Positions 63,503 to 64,000 of a DNA stretch of 64,000 bases are shown one piece after another. Source of the DNA: an uncultured delta proteobacterium (lineage in GTDB: Bacteria; Desulfobacterota; Binatia; Binatales; Binataceae); contig CAVZFW010000002.1 in assembly GCA_963774705.1 (NCBI GenBank), positions 283,236 to 347,235 of the forward strand. The letters are read 5' to 3'. A model generated the notes under the pieces. That model was not told where the DNA came from. It saw only the letters and a program-made list of their open reading frames with translations, and made no database searches. Position numbers and translations under genes: made by a program. Every line of letters begins with the position of its first letter. The first letter of the stretch is position 1.

Positions 63503-63666
63503 CGGATCAACCCCCTTTAGTGGAACCAGAAGCTCGTCCAATTTCGCTTAGCACCGCGGCCACCCGAATCCTAGCGCTCTGAGCTGCGTCAGCATGACGC
63601 GTGACCCATAGCCTCCGGCGCAAGACAATCCGCAGAGTCCAATCTTTCCCACACTTCGGTAGTGGG

Positions 63667-63876
63667 TCAGTTTGAAGTTCTAGCGGCGCGAATCAATATA
63701 TAGAAACCCAGAAAGGTGCCGCCGAACATTCCGGCTAACTCGCACCAAGGATTTGTATGGAAATATCAATCTAGGGCATATCCCAACGCGAATCCTCCGA
63801 CGATTACGAAGAATAAACCTCGTGTTGCGCGGTACAATATCGCTATCGGAAAGTCCGGCGGTTTTGATTTATTCAC
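63667..63876 (-). pseudogene. AtpZ/AtpI (ATPase gene 1)-like 2-TM protein with internal TGA
   Basis: VNKSKPPDF...VIVGGFALGYALD*YFHTNPWCELAGMFGGTFLGFYILIRAARTSN*; internal stop at 63766-63768. Confidence 0.65.
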
Positions 63877-63889
63877 GCCCCTGCAATTC

Positions 63890-64000
63890 CTAGATTTGCT
63901 TGCTAGTTTCCCATTCATCCACGACCCGCACGATATCCTCAAGCGACCATAGCCTATCCGTAACGTGTGCTTCCGTTGCTGGCGTGCATCGCAAGGTCTG
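63890..64000 (-). CDS. IS1-family DDE transposase C-terminus (partial)
   Basis: QTLRCTPATEAHVTDRLWSLEDIVRVVDEWETSKQI*, matching the TLRxTPAMxAGxTDxxWSxEDIV tail of this family as recalled. Confidence 0.7.
   Translation of the reverse strand, partial: QTLRCTPATEAHVTDRLWSLEDIVRVVDEWETSKQI

Larger units (their letters stand above)
63658..64000 (-). mobile_element. Distal end of an IS1-family element with passenger gene (continues off window)
   Basis: Transposase C-terminus at 63890-64000 and terminal sequence GGTAGTGGGTCAGTTTGAA at 63658-63676 (IS1-type GGT end); lower GC. Confidence 0.65.

Noticed and set aside
63766-63768. Internal TGA as selenocysteine or recoding
   Set aside because: Position fits a Trp-like residue mutated to a stop; no SECIS evident; other genes use TGA as stop

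Overview
64-kb GC-rich (roughly 60-65% by eye) bacterial chromosomal segment. Gene content (gatCAB, panBCD, tandem F420-type LLM oxidoreductases, sigma54 two-component system, PT-linker surface proteins) suggests a deltaproteobacteria-like or Binatota-like soil organism; this is inference only. Many genes from about 17.6 to 47.4 kb and at 60.5 kb carry single-base frameshifts that look like long-read indel errors. Housekeeping: gatC/gatA/gatB (split by an Mrr-type nuclease insertion, structured repeats and a perfect parS site), coaX, panBCD, fdhD, thiE, moeA, ispF, tRNA-Arg(TCG). Highlights: (1) a divergent 16.2-23.8 kb cluster (B12 radical SAM, CDP-alcohol phosphotransferase, HAD, NTP transferase, ITPK1-like ATP-grasp, class-III aminotransferase, GmhB-like HAD) that looks like an undescribed (amino)cyclitol-phosphate headgroup/lipid pathway with twin operators; (2) a DUF559 nuclease gene bracketed by inverted copies of a structured GGGAGAGG-hairpin-GGTGAGGG repeat, with solo copies 31-33 kb away and tandem duplications growing out of its outer end; (3) a 69-bp ABAB array made from the 3' end of a choice-of-anchor-Q pseudogene; (4) a polyphosphate cluster that includes RMD1 and MgtC-family genes; (5) an M15-peptidase/secreted protein/Tae4-amidase trio next to an IS1-family end carrying an atpZ-like passenger. 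No CRISPR array or rRNA seen. All family calls come from motif recognition by eye; no database searches were run.
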